Source of the DNA: an uncultured Bacilli bacterium
GTDB lineage: Bacteria > Bacillota_I > Bacilli_A > ML615J-28 > CAG-313
Length of the DNA stretch: 64,000 bases
NCBI GenBank assembly: GCA_934133195.1
Contig: CAKPAZ010000003.1
Coordinates: forward strand, 10,682-74,681
Reading direction: 5' to 3'
In this document: one piece after another, positions 26,985 through 36,700 of the stretch
Position numbering within the stretch: position 1 is the first letter of the stretch
How the letters are laid out: each line of letters opens with the position of its first letter
The notes under the pieces: generated by a model
Database searches by the model: none
What the model saw: only the letters and a program-made list of their open reading frames with translations
What the model was told of the DNA's origin: nothing
Position numbers and translations under genes: made by a program

Positions 26985-27896
26985 ATGAAAATAGGAAGTC
27001 ATGTAAGTAATAATGGATTTAAAATGCTTCAAGGAAGTGTTGAAGAAGCTTTAAGCTATGGAGCTAATGCCTTAATGGTGTATTTAGGAGCTCCTCAAAA
27101 TACAATACGAAAACCATATACCGAAATGCATATTGAAGAAGCATTAACATTATGTGATTTAAATGATATAAATCCTGATGATATCATTGTTCATGCTCCA
27201 TATATTGTAAATCTCGCTCAAAGTGATGACCAAAAGTGGGATTACGCTATTACCTTCTTAGGTAATGAATTAATGGGTACCGCGATGATTGGTGCTAAAT
27301 ATATGGTCTTACATCCGGGAGCTCACGTTGGCATGGGTAAAGACTATGCCATTGAAAGAATTGCTACCGGTATTAACTATATTTTATCAGATACCATCAA
27401 TTATAATTCAGTAATCTTACTAGAAACTATGGCAGGTAAAGGAACTGAATGTGGAAGAACATTTGAAGAAATTGCTGAAATTATCAGTAAAGTTCATAAC
27501 AAAAAAAGAATCGGGGTATGTTTAGATACTTGTCATATTAATGATGCTGGTTATGATATAGTTAATCACTATGAAGATGTAATAAAAGAATTTGATCGAA
27601 TCATTGGTCTAGACTACTTAAAAGTAATCCACCTAAATGATTCCAAAAATCCATGTGGTTCACATAAAGACCGTCATGAAAACATTGGGTTTGGAACTAT
27701 TGGTTTTGATACATTAATGAAATTTGTAAATGATGAAAGATTTAAGGATATTCCAAAAATCCTTGAAACTCCATATATTCCATATTCAAAACTAGTTAGT
27801 TTTGCACCATACAAAGAAGAAATTGAAATGATTAAGAAAGGGGAATTCAATCCTTCTTTAAAAGAAGAAGTATTGAAAAATAATTCAGTTGAATAA
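26985..27896 (+). CDS. nfo: Endonuclease IV
   Basis: HAPYIVNLA, LHPG, LETMAGKG, CLDTCH and HLNDSK motifs. Confidence 0.9.
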   Translation: MKIGSHVSNNGFKMLQGSVEEALSYGANALMVYLGAPQNTIRKPYTEMHIEEALTLCDLNDINPDDIIVHAPYIVNLAQSDDQKWDYAITFLGNELMGTAMIGAKYMVLHPGAHVGMGKDYAIERIATGINYILSDTINYNSVILLETMAGKGTECGRTFEEIAEIISKVHNKKRIGVCLDTCHINDAGYDIVNHYEDVIKEFDRIIGLDYLKVIHLNDSKNPCGSHKDRHENIGFGTIGFDTLMKFVNDERFKDIPKILETPYIPYSKLVSFAPYKEEIEMIKKGEFNPSLKEEVLKNNSVE

Positions 27897-28803
27897 GATT
27901 AATAAAAATTATATAAAAGAAAGATTAAATGAACAATCTGAAAACAAAATTAAAGAAGCATATCAATTAATGCAAACTTATGCCTCAGATAATGAAGAAA
28001 TCATTGAAGCAATTGAAGACATCTACTATGGATACCTAGGATATTGTGAAAGTAACAATATTCCTTATGTAGAAGAAGAGTTTCTTGATGAATTAATTAC
28101 AACTGTAAATGAAATGAATGAAAGATATGCTCAACTTGAAAAAGACTTAGAAAATCCAAGTGATGCGAAAGTACTAAGAGTTAAAGTTTGGTTAAATGAC
28201 TTAAAATCAAAGTTCAATCGTATAATTGATATTCCAGTATGTTACCGTCTTTGTGATCTTGCTTATACTGTCTTTTATTCATTTAAGATGATTGGTTTCA
28301 AACCATTCTCTGTTGAAATTGGTAATGTAACAGCCTACTCTAGAAATGCGGTAGAACCTGAAGAACTTGAAAGAGTACCAATCACTGATGAGGTTCACCT
28401 TGTCCATATAGGATTCCAAGAACATGAACTATTTACTATCTACTATGACATGCATCATAAAGATCCATGGGTAATAAAAGGTGAAGTACTTGGCATTCTA
28501 GATAATGAGCATCAAATCGACTGTCCTCAAGTAGTAAAAGGAAAAGGTAATGGTGTATTTGAAAATAATCAAGATTTCTTTAATTTACTTGTGACTAAAT
28601 CAAAAGAAGAAATCATTGAAGAAAATAACCTAGATGAAAAGACTGCTAAATTACTTGATAAAATTAATATGGAAGGCTTCCAAAGAAGAGATTGTAACGA
28701 AACTTTAAATGAAGTTTTAACATATTATGTAGATCATTATGAAAATGATGTCGATGAAGACGAAGAAACTATTGATGAATTTTATGGTGATATCGAGATT
28801 TAA
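27889..28803 (+). CDS. Acidic hypothetical protein, possible pRiA4b ORF-3-like (PRiA4_ORF3) domain
   Basis: 304-aa ORF with a TTG start overlapping the nfo stop. The central LRVKVWLNDLKSKFNRIIDIPVCYRLCDLAYTVFYSF loosely resembles the PRiA4_ORF3 N-terminal pattern. The C-terminus is very acidic. Confidence 0.55.
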   Translation: MNKINKNYIKERLNEQSENKIKEAYQLMQTYASDNEEIIEAIEDIYYGYLGYCESNNIPYVEEEFLDELITTVNEMNERYAQLEKDLENPSDAKVLRVKVWLNDLKSKFNRIIDIPVCYRLCDLAYTVFYSFKMIGFKPFSVEIGNVTAYSRNAVEPEELERVPITDEVHLVHIGFQEHELFTIYYDMHHKDPWVIKGEVLGILDNEHQIDCPQVVKGKGNGVFENNQDFFNLLVTKSKEEIIEENNLDEKTAKLLDKINMEGFQRRDCNETLNEVLTYYVDHYENDVDEDEETIDEFYGDIEI

Positions 28804-28811
28804 ATAAAATC

Positions 28812-28846
28812 AGAAGTTGTGTTTTATGAACATAACTTCTTTTTTT
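28812..28846 (+). terminator. Rho-independent terminator
   Basis: 10-bp stem AGAAGTTGTG / CATAACTTCT (one G-U pair) followed by T6. Confidence 0.75.
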
Positions 28847-29031
28847 AAAGTTAATTAAATTAAGAAAGTCAAACAAAATGCTAATGTAAATATTTCTTAA
28901 ATTTTCATTAGCAAATATAAAACAAATTATTTCAATTTATGTTATAATTCATTTACATTATTTTTAAAAAAGTATCGAAAAAATAGAGGTTTTTTGACCT
29001 TTGTTTTTTATTGTTGAGGGAGGAAAAAAAG

Positions 29032-31398
29032 ATGTTACAAGTAAAAAAACGTGATGGTAAAGTTGTTGAATTCAACATTACAAAAATTGAAAATGCAATA
29101 AAGAAAGCTTTTGAAGCCGTTAATAAAGCTTACTCTCAAGATATAATTGAACTTCTAGCTTTAAGAGTTACTGCTAACTTTAATGATAAAGTCGTAAATG
29201 GCGTAATCTCTGTTGAAGATATTCAAGACAGCGTAGAAGTTATCCTAATTCAAGCAAGTTATGTAGATGTTGCTAAAGCATATATTTTATATCGTAAACA
29301 ACATGAAAATATGCGAAACATCAAATCTACAATTCTTGACTATAAAGATGCGGTAAATAACTATTTAAAGATTAATGACTGGCGTGTAAAAGAAAACTCA
29401 ACTGTTACATACTCTGTTGGTGGTTTAATTCTTTCTAACTCTGGTGCTATTACAGCTAACTACTGGTTATCAGAAATCTATGATTCAGAAATTGAAGCCG
29501 CTCACAGAAATGCAGATATCCATATTCATGATTTATCAATGTTAACAGGATATTGTGCTGGTTGGTCTATTAAACAATTAATTCAAGAAGGATTAGGTGG
29601 TGTACCTGGTAAGATTACCTCAGCACCTGCTGCTCACCTTTCAACTTTATGTAATCAAATGACTAACTTTTTAGGTATCATGCAAAATGAATGGGCAGGA
29701 GCACAAGCTTTCTCTTCATTTGATACTTATCTTGCACCATTTGTAAAAGTTGATAATCTATCATATAAAGAAGTTAAACAATGCATCCAATCTTTCATTT
29801 ATGGTGTTAACACTCCAAGCCGTTGGGGTACACAAGCTCCATTCACTAATATTACATTAGACTGGACAGTACCAAACGACCTTGCAGAACTAAATGCTAT
29901 TGTTGGTGGTAAAGAACAAAACTTCAAATACAAAGATTGTGTTAATGAAATGGCAATGGTTAATAAAGCTTTCATCGAAATAATGATTGAAGGCGATGCT
30001 AATGGTCGTGGATTCCAATACCCAATTCCTACATACTCAATTACTCGTGATTTCGACTGGTCCCCAACTGAAAACAATAAATTACTATTTGAAATGACTG
30101 CTAAATATGGTACTCCATATTTCTCAAATTATATCAATAGTGATATGGAACCTAGTGATGTACGTAGTATGTGCTGTCGTTTACGTCTTGACTTAAGAGA
30201 ATTAAGAAAGAAATCTGGTGGTTTCTTTGGTAGTGGTGAAAGCACTGGCTCAGTTGGTGTTGTTACTATCAATATGCCACGTATAGCTTACCTTTCTAAG
30301 AATGAAGATGAATTCTTTGAAAGATTAACCAAGATGATGGACATTGCAGCAAGATCATTAAAGATTAAGCGTAATGTAATTACTAAACTTCTTGATGAAG
30401 GTCTATATCCATATACAAAGAGATACCTTGGAACATTTAACAATCACTTCTCAACAATTGGTCTTGTTGGTATGAATGAAGCTTGTCTAAATGCTAACTG
30501 GATTCATGAAGATTTAACTCATAAGAATGCTCAAGAATTCACCAAGAAAGTACTAAACTTCATGCGTGAAAAACTATCTGATTATCAAGAAGAATATGGA
30601 GATTTATATAACCTAGAAGCAACTCCAGCTGAATCTACTTCATATCGTCTTGCTAAACACGATGTAAAACGTTACCCTGATATTATTACAGCATCTAAAG
30701 ATGGTGGAACTCCATACTATACAAATAGTTCTCACCTACCTGTTGGATATACAGAAGATGTCTTCACAGCTCTTGATATCCAAGATGAATTACAAGTTCT
30801 ATACACATCAGGAACTGTATTCCATACTTTCCTTGGCCAAAAACTTCCATCTTGGGAAGCTACAGCTAAACTTGTAAGAAAGATTGCTGAAAACTATCGT
30901 CTTCCTTATTATACAATTTCACCAACTTACTCTGTATGTCCTGTTCATGGATATATCACAGGTGAAGTTTACAAATGTCCTGAATGTGGAAGAAAAACTG
31001 AAGTATACAGTCGTATAACTGGATATTATCGTCCTGTTCAAAACTGGAATGATGGTAAAGCTGAAGAATTCAAACAAAGAAAGACTTATGACATTGATCA
31101 TTCTAGTATTGTTGGTAAAGGTATTCATAAAGAAGAAACTAAACATGAAGAAGTACAACCACTAAATGAAATCTTACTATTTACAACTAAGACTTGTCCA
31201 AACTGTAAGATGGCTAAGATGCTTCTTGATAAAGCTCAAGTAAAATATGTCGCAGTAGATGCTGAAGATAACGCAGAAGCAACAAAACACTACGGCATCA
31301 AAAAAGCTCCAACTCTACTTGTTCCAACATCAAATGGTGTAGAAGTATATGATAATGTAAGTTTAATCAAAGGATATATTGAAAAAAATGTCAAATAG
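29032..31398 (+). CDS. nrdD: Anaerobic (class III) ribonucleoside-triphosphate reductase NrdD with fused C-terminal glutaredoxin/NrdH-like domain
   Basis: RBS GAGGGAGGAAAAAAAGATG. ATP-cone N-terminus (MLQVKKRDGKVVEF), SMCCRLRL finger-loop motif, Zn ribbon CPVHG..CPECG and glycyl-radical motif SRITGYYRPV. A CPNC redoxin domain follows. Confidence 0.9.
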   Translation: MLQVKKRDGKVVEFNITKIENAIKKAFEAVNKAYSQDIIELLALRVTANFNDKVVNGVISVEDIQDSVEVILIQASYVDVAKAYILYRKQHENMRNIKSTILDYKDAVNNYLKINDWRVKENSTVTYSVGGLILSNSGAITANYWLSEIYDSEIEAAHRNADIHIHDLSMLTGYCAGWSIKQLIQEGLGGVPGKITSAPAAHLSTLCNQMTNFLGIMQNEWAGAQAFSSFDTYLAPFVKVDNLSYKEVKQCIQSFIYGVNTPSRWGTQAPFTNITLDWTVPNDLAELNAIVGGKEQNFKYKDCVNEMAMVNKAFIEIMIEGDANGRGFQYPIPTYSITRDFDWSPTENNKLLFEMTAKYGTPYFSNYINSDMEPSDVRSMCCRLRLDLRELRKKSGGFFGSGESTGSVGVVTINMPRIAYLSKNEDEFFERLTKMMDIAARSLKIKRNVITKLLDEGLYPYTKRYLGTFNNHFSTIGLVGMNEACLNANWIHEDLTHKNAQEFTKKVLNFMREKLSDYQEEYGDLYNLEATPAESTSYRLAKHDVKRYPDIITASKDGGTPYYTNSSHLPVGYTEDVFTALDIQDELQVLYTSGTVFHTFLGQKLPSWEATAKLVRKIAENYRLPYYTISPTYSVCPVHGYITGEVYKCPECGRKTEVYSRITGYYRPVQNWNDGKAEEFKQRKTYDIDHSSIVGKGIHKEETKHEEVQPLNEILLFTTKTCPNCKMAKMLLDKAQVKYVAVDAEDNAEATKHYGIKKAPTLLVPTSNGVEVYDNVSLIKGYIEKNVK
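31165..31395 (+). other. Thioredoxin-fold (glutaredoxin/NrdH-like) domain fused to the NrdD C-terminus
   Basis: ILLFTTKTCPNCKMAKMLLDKAQVKYVAVDAEDN..KKAPTLLVP, with CPNC at 31195-31206, downstream of the Gly radical codon (31021-31023). Confidence 0.75.
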
Positions 31399-32299
31399 TA
31401 TTTATGATATTATCATCGTCGGAGCAGGACCTGCAGGAATGACTGCTGCCTTATATGCAAGACGCAGTGATAAGACAGTCTTAATTCTTGAAAAAGAAAA
31501 CTTTGGTGGTCAAATAGCTCTAGCCCCAAAAGTAGAAAACTTCCCTACCCTTGAATCTACAACGGGACAAGAACTAGCTGATAAATTACTTAATCAAATC
31601 ATAGAACTTGGTACAGAATTTGAGCTTGAAGAAGTCTTAAAAATTGAAAAAGAAAATGATATATTTACAGTTACAACAAACTATAATGAATATCAATCAA
31701 GAACAGTAATTATCGCAACTGGTGCAAAACATAAAAAAATGGGACTTGAAAAAGAAGAAGAATTCCTTGGAAAAGGCCTATCTTACTGTGCCGTATGTGA
31801 TGGTGCTTTCTTCAAAAATGAAGAAGTCGCTGTAGTAGGTGATGCTAACTCAGCCTTACAGTATGCCCTTGATTTAAGCACATACTGTCCTAAAGTTTAC
31901 GTATGCACATTATTTGATTGCTTCTTTGGCGATCAAATCTTAGTTGATCGTTTACTCCAAAAAGACAACATTGAAATTATTCACAATATTTCATTGATTG
32001 ACTTAGAAGGAACTGACTCTCTAGAAGGTTTAGTATTTGAAAATACTAAGACAAAAGAACATTTAACAATCCCAGTAAAAGGAGTATTCATTGCGATTGG
32101 TCAAGTACCAAACAATGATATAGTTAAAAACCTTGTTGATATCGACAACCAAGGTTATGTAATTACTGATGAAAACCTTCTAACTAAAACCAAAGGATTA
32201 TTTGTTGCGGGGGACTGCCGTACAAAAAATGTACGTCAAGCAACCACAGCTGTAAGTGATGGAGCAATAGCTGCTATCCAGGCAATAAAATTACTATAA
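31388..32299 (+). CDS. trxB: Thioredoxin reductase-like flavoprotein lacking the canonical NADPH-binding HRRxxxR motif
   Basis: Overlaps the nrdD 3' end (alternative TTG start at 31379). FAD motif IIIVGAGPAGMTAA and redox CAVC (31787-31798) are present. The position aligned with E. coli HLIHRRDGFRAE reads VYVCTLFDCFFGD. Confidence 0.85.
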   Translation: MSNSIYDIIIVGAGPAGMTAALYARRSDKTVLILEKENFGGQIALAPKVENFPTLESTTGQELADKLLNQIIELGTEFELEEVLKIEKENDIFTVTTNYNEYQSRTVIIATGAKHKKMGLEKEEEFLGKGLSYCAVCDGAFFKNEEVAVVGDANSALQYALDLSTYCPKVYVCTLFDCFFGDQILVDRLLQKDNIEIIHNISLIDLEGTDSLEGLVFENTKTKEHLTIPVKGVFIAIGQVPNNDIVKNLVDIDNQGYVITDENLLTKTKGLFVAGDCRTKNVRQATTAVSDGAIAAIQAIKLL

Positions 32300-32307
32300 A
32301 AACAAAC

Positions 32308-32350
32308 CCCTAAGCAAATTAGAAACGATACTTTGCTTAGGGATTTTTTA
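32308..32350 (+). terminator. Rho-independent terminator
   Basis: Perfect 11-bp stem CCCTAAGCAAA / TTTGCTTAGGG followed by a T-run. Confidence 0.8.
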
Positions 32351-32386
32351 AAATAACGAGAAGAAAACAAGAAAGAGGATAAATTT

Positions 32387-32938
32387 ATGGTTATTGAAAA
32401 AGTAGTTGATAAAGATGAAATGATAAGAGATATAAAATTATTTAAAAGATATTGTCTTTTACCATTTAAAAGGGGATTATTAGTATTTCCAATTAGTTTA
32501 GTTGTAGCATTTCTTCTTCTTCTTTTTGGATATATCATTGACTCTAGTTCACCTATAGATTATATTGTTATTGGAATAGCATTACTATATTTTGTTCTTG
32601 CGGCAGCTCGTGTTCTAATAAAATCCAATAAAGAAATTAAGAAACTAATAAATGATAGAACGAAAATCTACAATACCAGAGATTATATTATTAGAAAATT
32701 TACTTTTAATAATAATCAATTAGTTATTGAAGGAAACGATGGAACTAATCAAGTAACTGAGACATTTTCATTGGATGATCTTTATGTAGCATGGATTGAT
32801 AAAAAAAGAACAGCTTTTATTCTTCAATTTAAAGCAGGAAAAAACAAAAAGATAGTTGCAGCTCATTCAGATAAAATAGATGAATTAGAAGCATATTTTA
32901 TAAATAATAATATAAGGTATCATATAGTAAAAAAATAA
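32387..32938 (+). CDS. YcxB-like membrane protein (paralogue 1)
   Basis: 183-aa ORF with RBS AAGAGGATAAATTTATG. Two central TM helices are followed by a soluble C-terminal domain. Tandem paralogue of 32994..33554. Confidence 0.6.
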   Translation: MVIEKVVDKDEMIRDIKLFKRYCLLPFKRGLLVFPISLVVAFLLLLFGYIIDSSSPIDYIVIGIALLYFVLAAARVLIKSNKEIKKLINDRTKIYNTRDYIIRKFTFNNNQLVIEGNDGTNQVTETFSLDDLYVAWIDKKRTAFILQFKAGKNKKIVAAHSDKIDELEAYFINNNIRYHIVKK

Positions 32939-32993
32939 TAATATTTATAATATAATAACCATAAAGTTTAATACAAAAAGGAGAAAATATTTT

Positions 32994-33554
32994 ATGATTA
33001 TTGAAAAAGTAGTTGATAAAAATGAAATGATAAGAGACTTAAAATTATTTAAGAAATATTATCTTTTACCATTTAAAACTCAATCATTGATATTTCTATT
33101 TCTTATTATTTATGGTGCCATTAATTTTCTTTTTGCATATTTATTTTCAATTGAATCAAAGTTTGTAGATATAAGTATGATTATTGTTGCACTAGCAGTA
33201 CTATATTATTTAATTATAGCGGCTCGTACTTTGATAAAAACCAATAAAGATATTAAGATGCTAATAAATGATAGAACGAAAATCTACGATACTAGAGATT
33301 ATATTATTAGAAGATTTACCTTTACTGCTGATGAATTAATTATTGAAAAAGATGATGGAACTAATCAAGTAACTGATAAGTTTTTATTAGATGATCTTTA
33401 TATAGTATGGATTGATAAAAAAAGAAAAGCTTTTATCATGCAATTTAAAACTGGTAAAAATAAAAGGATACTAGCAGTTTATTCAGATAAAATAGATGAA
33501 TTAGAAACATATTTCATAAATAATAATATAAGGTATCATATAGTAAAAAGATAA
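32994..33554 (+). CDS. YcxB-like membrane protein (paralogue 2)
   Basis: 186-aa ORF with RBS AAAGGAGAAAATATTTTATG. N- and C-terminal thirds are near-identical to the upstream gene (MIIEKVVDKNEMIRD..., ...YFINNNIRYHIVK). Confidence 0.6.
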   Translation: MIIEKVVDKNEMIRDLKLFKKYYLLPFKTQSLIFLFLIIYGAINFLFAYLFSIESKFVDISMIIVALAVLYYLIIAARTLIKTNKDIKMLINDRTKIYDTRDYIIRRFTFTADELIIEKDDGTNQVTDKFLLDDLYIVWIDKKRKAFIMQFKTGKNKRILAVYSDKIDELETYFINNNIRYHIVKR

Positions 33555-33583
33555 TGATACTTAAATATAATCACTAATAAAAT

Positions 33584-33634
33584 AAAAAGCTCTTAAGTTA
33601 ACAAGTTCATGACTTGAAAACTTAAGGCTTTTTT
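33584..33634 (+). terminator. Terminator hairpin, copy A of a 51-bp direct repeat
   Basis: AAAAAGCTCTTAAGTTAACAAGTTCATGACTTGAAAACTTAAGGCTTTTTT. Outer stem CTTAAGTT/AACTTAAG, inner stem CAAGT/ACTTG, flanked by an A-run and a T-run. Confidence 0.8.
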
Positions 33635-33672
33635 ATATTGTAAAATTATATTGTAAAATTATATTGATAAAA
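33633..33672. repeat. 13-bp tandem direct repeat x3 upstream of the giant gene
   Basis: TTATATTGTAAAA (33633-33645), TTATATTGTAAAA (33646-33658), TTATATTGATAAAA (33659-33672). Confidence 0.85.
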
Positions 33673-33684
33673 ATTTATCAATAT
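33661..33684. promoter_or_regulatory. Perfect 11-2-11 palindrome (operator-like) abutting the -35 of the giant gene promoter
   Basis: ATATTGATAAA AA TTTATCAATAT; the arms are exact reverse complements. Confidence 0.45.
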
Positions 33685-33687
33685 AGT

Positions 33688-33716
33688 TTTACAGAATAAT
33701 TAATTTGTGGTAAAAT
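33688..33716 (+). promoter_or_regulatory. Candidate promoter of the 33760 gene
   Basis: TTTACA (33688-33693), 17-nt spacer, TGgTAAAAT extended -10 (33708-33716). RBS GGAGGAAATATG lies at 33749-33762. Confidence 0.5.
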
Positions 33717-33759
33717 ATAATGGTAGAGAGATAGAGGGATATAAATTAGAGGAGGAAAT

Positions 33760-36700
33760 ATGAAGAATAAAATTTTAAGAATCTTTACAGCTGTTTTATT
33801 GTTAACTACTATATTGGTTGTTACCCTTTCATCTTACAAGAAAAAAGATGATTATGAAGATAATAAACCAACAATACAAGAAGATTTAAATAAGTATGCA
33901 GGTAGCTATGACATACATAAAATTGTATTACAAAATACAAATGAAGTAACGGCGAAAAAATTAGCTGAAAGATTTAATGCTAAATTGAGAATTACTTCAG
34001 ATGGAAGTTATGCTACACTAACTCTTCCTGATGATATAACAATAAACGATATTGTTAAAAGTAATAAAAATAGAGATATTTTAAGCTTAATTGCGCCTGA
34101 CTATAAGGCTACTCTATCAGAACTAACTGAAGAAAGAACAACTAACTTTCCTACTGTTTCTGTAGAGGATGAATATTATGATTTACAAACATACTTAAAA
34201 TATTTAAATTTACAAGATGTTTGGAAAAATTATAAGGGCAGTGGAAAAACTATTGCTGTTATAGATACAGGTATAGATACAGACCACCCTGAATTTGCAG
34301 GCCGAATAAGCGAATATTCATATAATGCTACATTAGATAAGATAGTTAAAGACTGTGTCAATGAAGATGGCAGTTATGACTGGAGCATTATAGAAGATGA
34401 ACAAGGACATGGTACCGCTGTATCAGGTGTAATAGCTGCATCAATGAACAATGAAATTGGTATTGCTGGTATTGCTCCGGAAGCTAAAATTCTAACTATT
34501 AAAGCTGAATGTGATAAAAATGGTAATTTCAAGAACACATCAGACTTAGTATTTGGTTTATATTATGCAATTGAACAAAATGTTGATGTTGTAAACATGA
34601 GTTTTGGAAGTCCAGTCAATGTATTTTCAACTCCTGCTAAACTTGCTGTTGATAGTGACATAGTTTGTATTGCCGCTGCAGGAAATGAATCAACTGCAAA
34701 ACTTACATATCCAGCAGCAGATGAAAACGTCATAGGTGTTGGTGCTTTAGCTGATAATTCTTGGGAACTTGCATCTTACTCTAACTATGGTGATAATACT
34801 GATGTTGTTGCTCCAGGAACTGTTTATACAACATATCTAAATGGCACTTACAAAACAATGTCAGGAACAAGTTTTTCAGCTCCTATTGTTTCATCTTTAA
34901 TTGCTTTATTCTATAATCATTACATGACAACTGATTATGCAAAAGAAGTATTATATGCCGCAAGTTATGATTTAGAAAGTAAGGGAAAAGACTTTTACTT
35001 TGGATATGGTGCTGTTGATGCAAGTGCTTTAATTTTAGAAGAAAAAGGAACAGTCACATTTAACTATTTAACTGATGAAATTAATCCAACAACACAAATA
35101 TTTATCAAAAATCATCCATTACAAAATATTCCTCAACCGGAAAGATTATATTCAGTTTTTGATGGTTGGTATTATGATATTAATTGTAAAGATGAAATTG
35201 ACCTATATGTTGATGCATGGACAAGCGATTTAACTCTATATTGTAGTTGGGGTAATGAAGATGATGTTCTTCCTTATACATATACTACTTTAGATGATAA
35301 TTCTATTGAAATAACATCATACATTGGTAAGAGAAAATATATCACAATTCCTGAATATATTGATAACAAAAAAGTAACAAGCATTGGAAGATCAGCTTTC
35401 GCAAACAATACTAAATTAGTAAACGTAAATCTACCTAGTGGTTTAAAATCAATTAAAGATTACGCTTTTGATGGATGTATTAATATCAAGAATTTTGAAA
35501 TTCCATCAAGTGTTATAAGTATTGGAATTAATGCTTTTAGAAATAATATAAGTCTTTATAATATTAATTTCTTAAGTGATAGTAAACTTGAAGTAATTGA
35601 TGAATATGCATTTATAAATTGCTCATCTCTTACTAGATTTGATATTCCTAAAAATGTAAAATATAATGAAGAAAATAATTACTTCACAGGTAGTGCCTTT
35701 GTTGGATGTACTAATCTAAGACAAGTTAACGCAAGTAGAGATAGTAAATATTTAACATCAATTAATGGTGTTTTATATAACAAAGCATCTTCAACAATCA
35801 TTTTATACCCTGCTGGTTTATCAAATGAAACATATGATTTACCAACATCAGTAACTAAACTTGGTAAGTACTCATTCGCATTTTCTAATATTGATACAAT
35901 TGATTTAAAGAATGTAACAGCGATTAATTCAAATGCATTTGAATCATCTCGAATAAGAAAAATAACCTTAAGTGATAAAGTAACAACCCTTGGAAGTTTT
36001 GCTTTTATAAACTCACAAATTAACGATATTACTTTAGGACATGGCCTAAAGGCTTTAGAATCTGGTACTTTCAGACAATGTAATAACTTATATTCAATAA
36101 CTATACCAAATTCAATAGTTTATATTAGAGGTCCTATTGGAGCCTTTTTCGAAAGTTCACTTACAGACATTACTTTTGAAGAAGAATCTAAACTTTTATT
36201 AATCGATGATTATACATTTGCTAATTCTAATTTACATAAAATTGAAATTCCATCTTCAGTTGTAAAAATTGGTATGTCAGCTTTTTATGGATGTTCAAAT
36301 CTAACCGAAGTAATAATTAATAATGATTCAGCTTTGTCAGTAATTGATGAAAATGCATTTAGTTATACATCAATAAAAACTATCAACTTAACTAGTCATC
36401 TTTATACAATAGGTGCAGGTGCATTCTTTGCGACAAAACTAGAAGAAGTAACAATACCTAGTAGTGTTAATCAAATATATGGAAGTTCATTTGCTGGAAA
36501 CATATACTTAAAAAACATCTTTGTATCACCAGATAACAAGATGTTAACATCCATTGATGGAGTGGTTTACACTAAAGATTATTCAACCCTTTTCGCATAT
36601 CCAGCTGGTAAAGATTTATCATCATATACCATTGATGGAAGAGTAACTGAAATAGGTGAATATGCTTTCTATGGTGCATGCAATTTAACTAGTATTGATT

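Noticed and set aside
28850-29031. NrdR box or other defined operator upstream of nrdD
   Set aside because: There is an 8-bp inverted repeat TGCTAATG...CATTAGCA with a 19-nt spacer and a weak leader hairpin. Neither matches the NrdR-box palindrome as I remember it, and this is too little evidence in AT-rich DNA.
15145-32538. Other nested or antisense ORFs (15145..15381, 18724..18978, 19293..19535, 19930..20289, 20386..20622, 20844..21113, 22522..22821, 23245..23505, 24545..24748, 26755..26961, 29799..30077, 30919..31158, 32236..32538)
   Set aside because: They overlap confidently assigned genes on the other strand or frame. There is no independent support.
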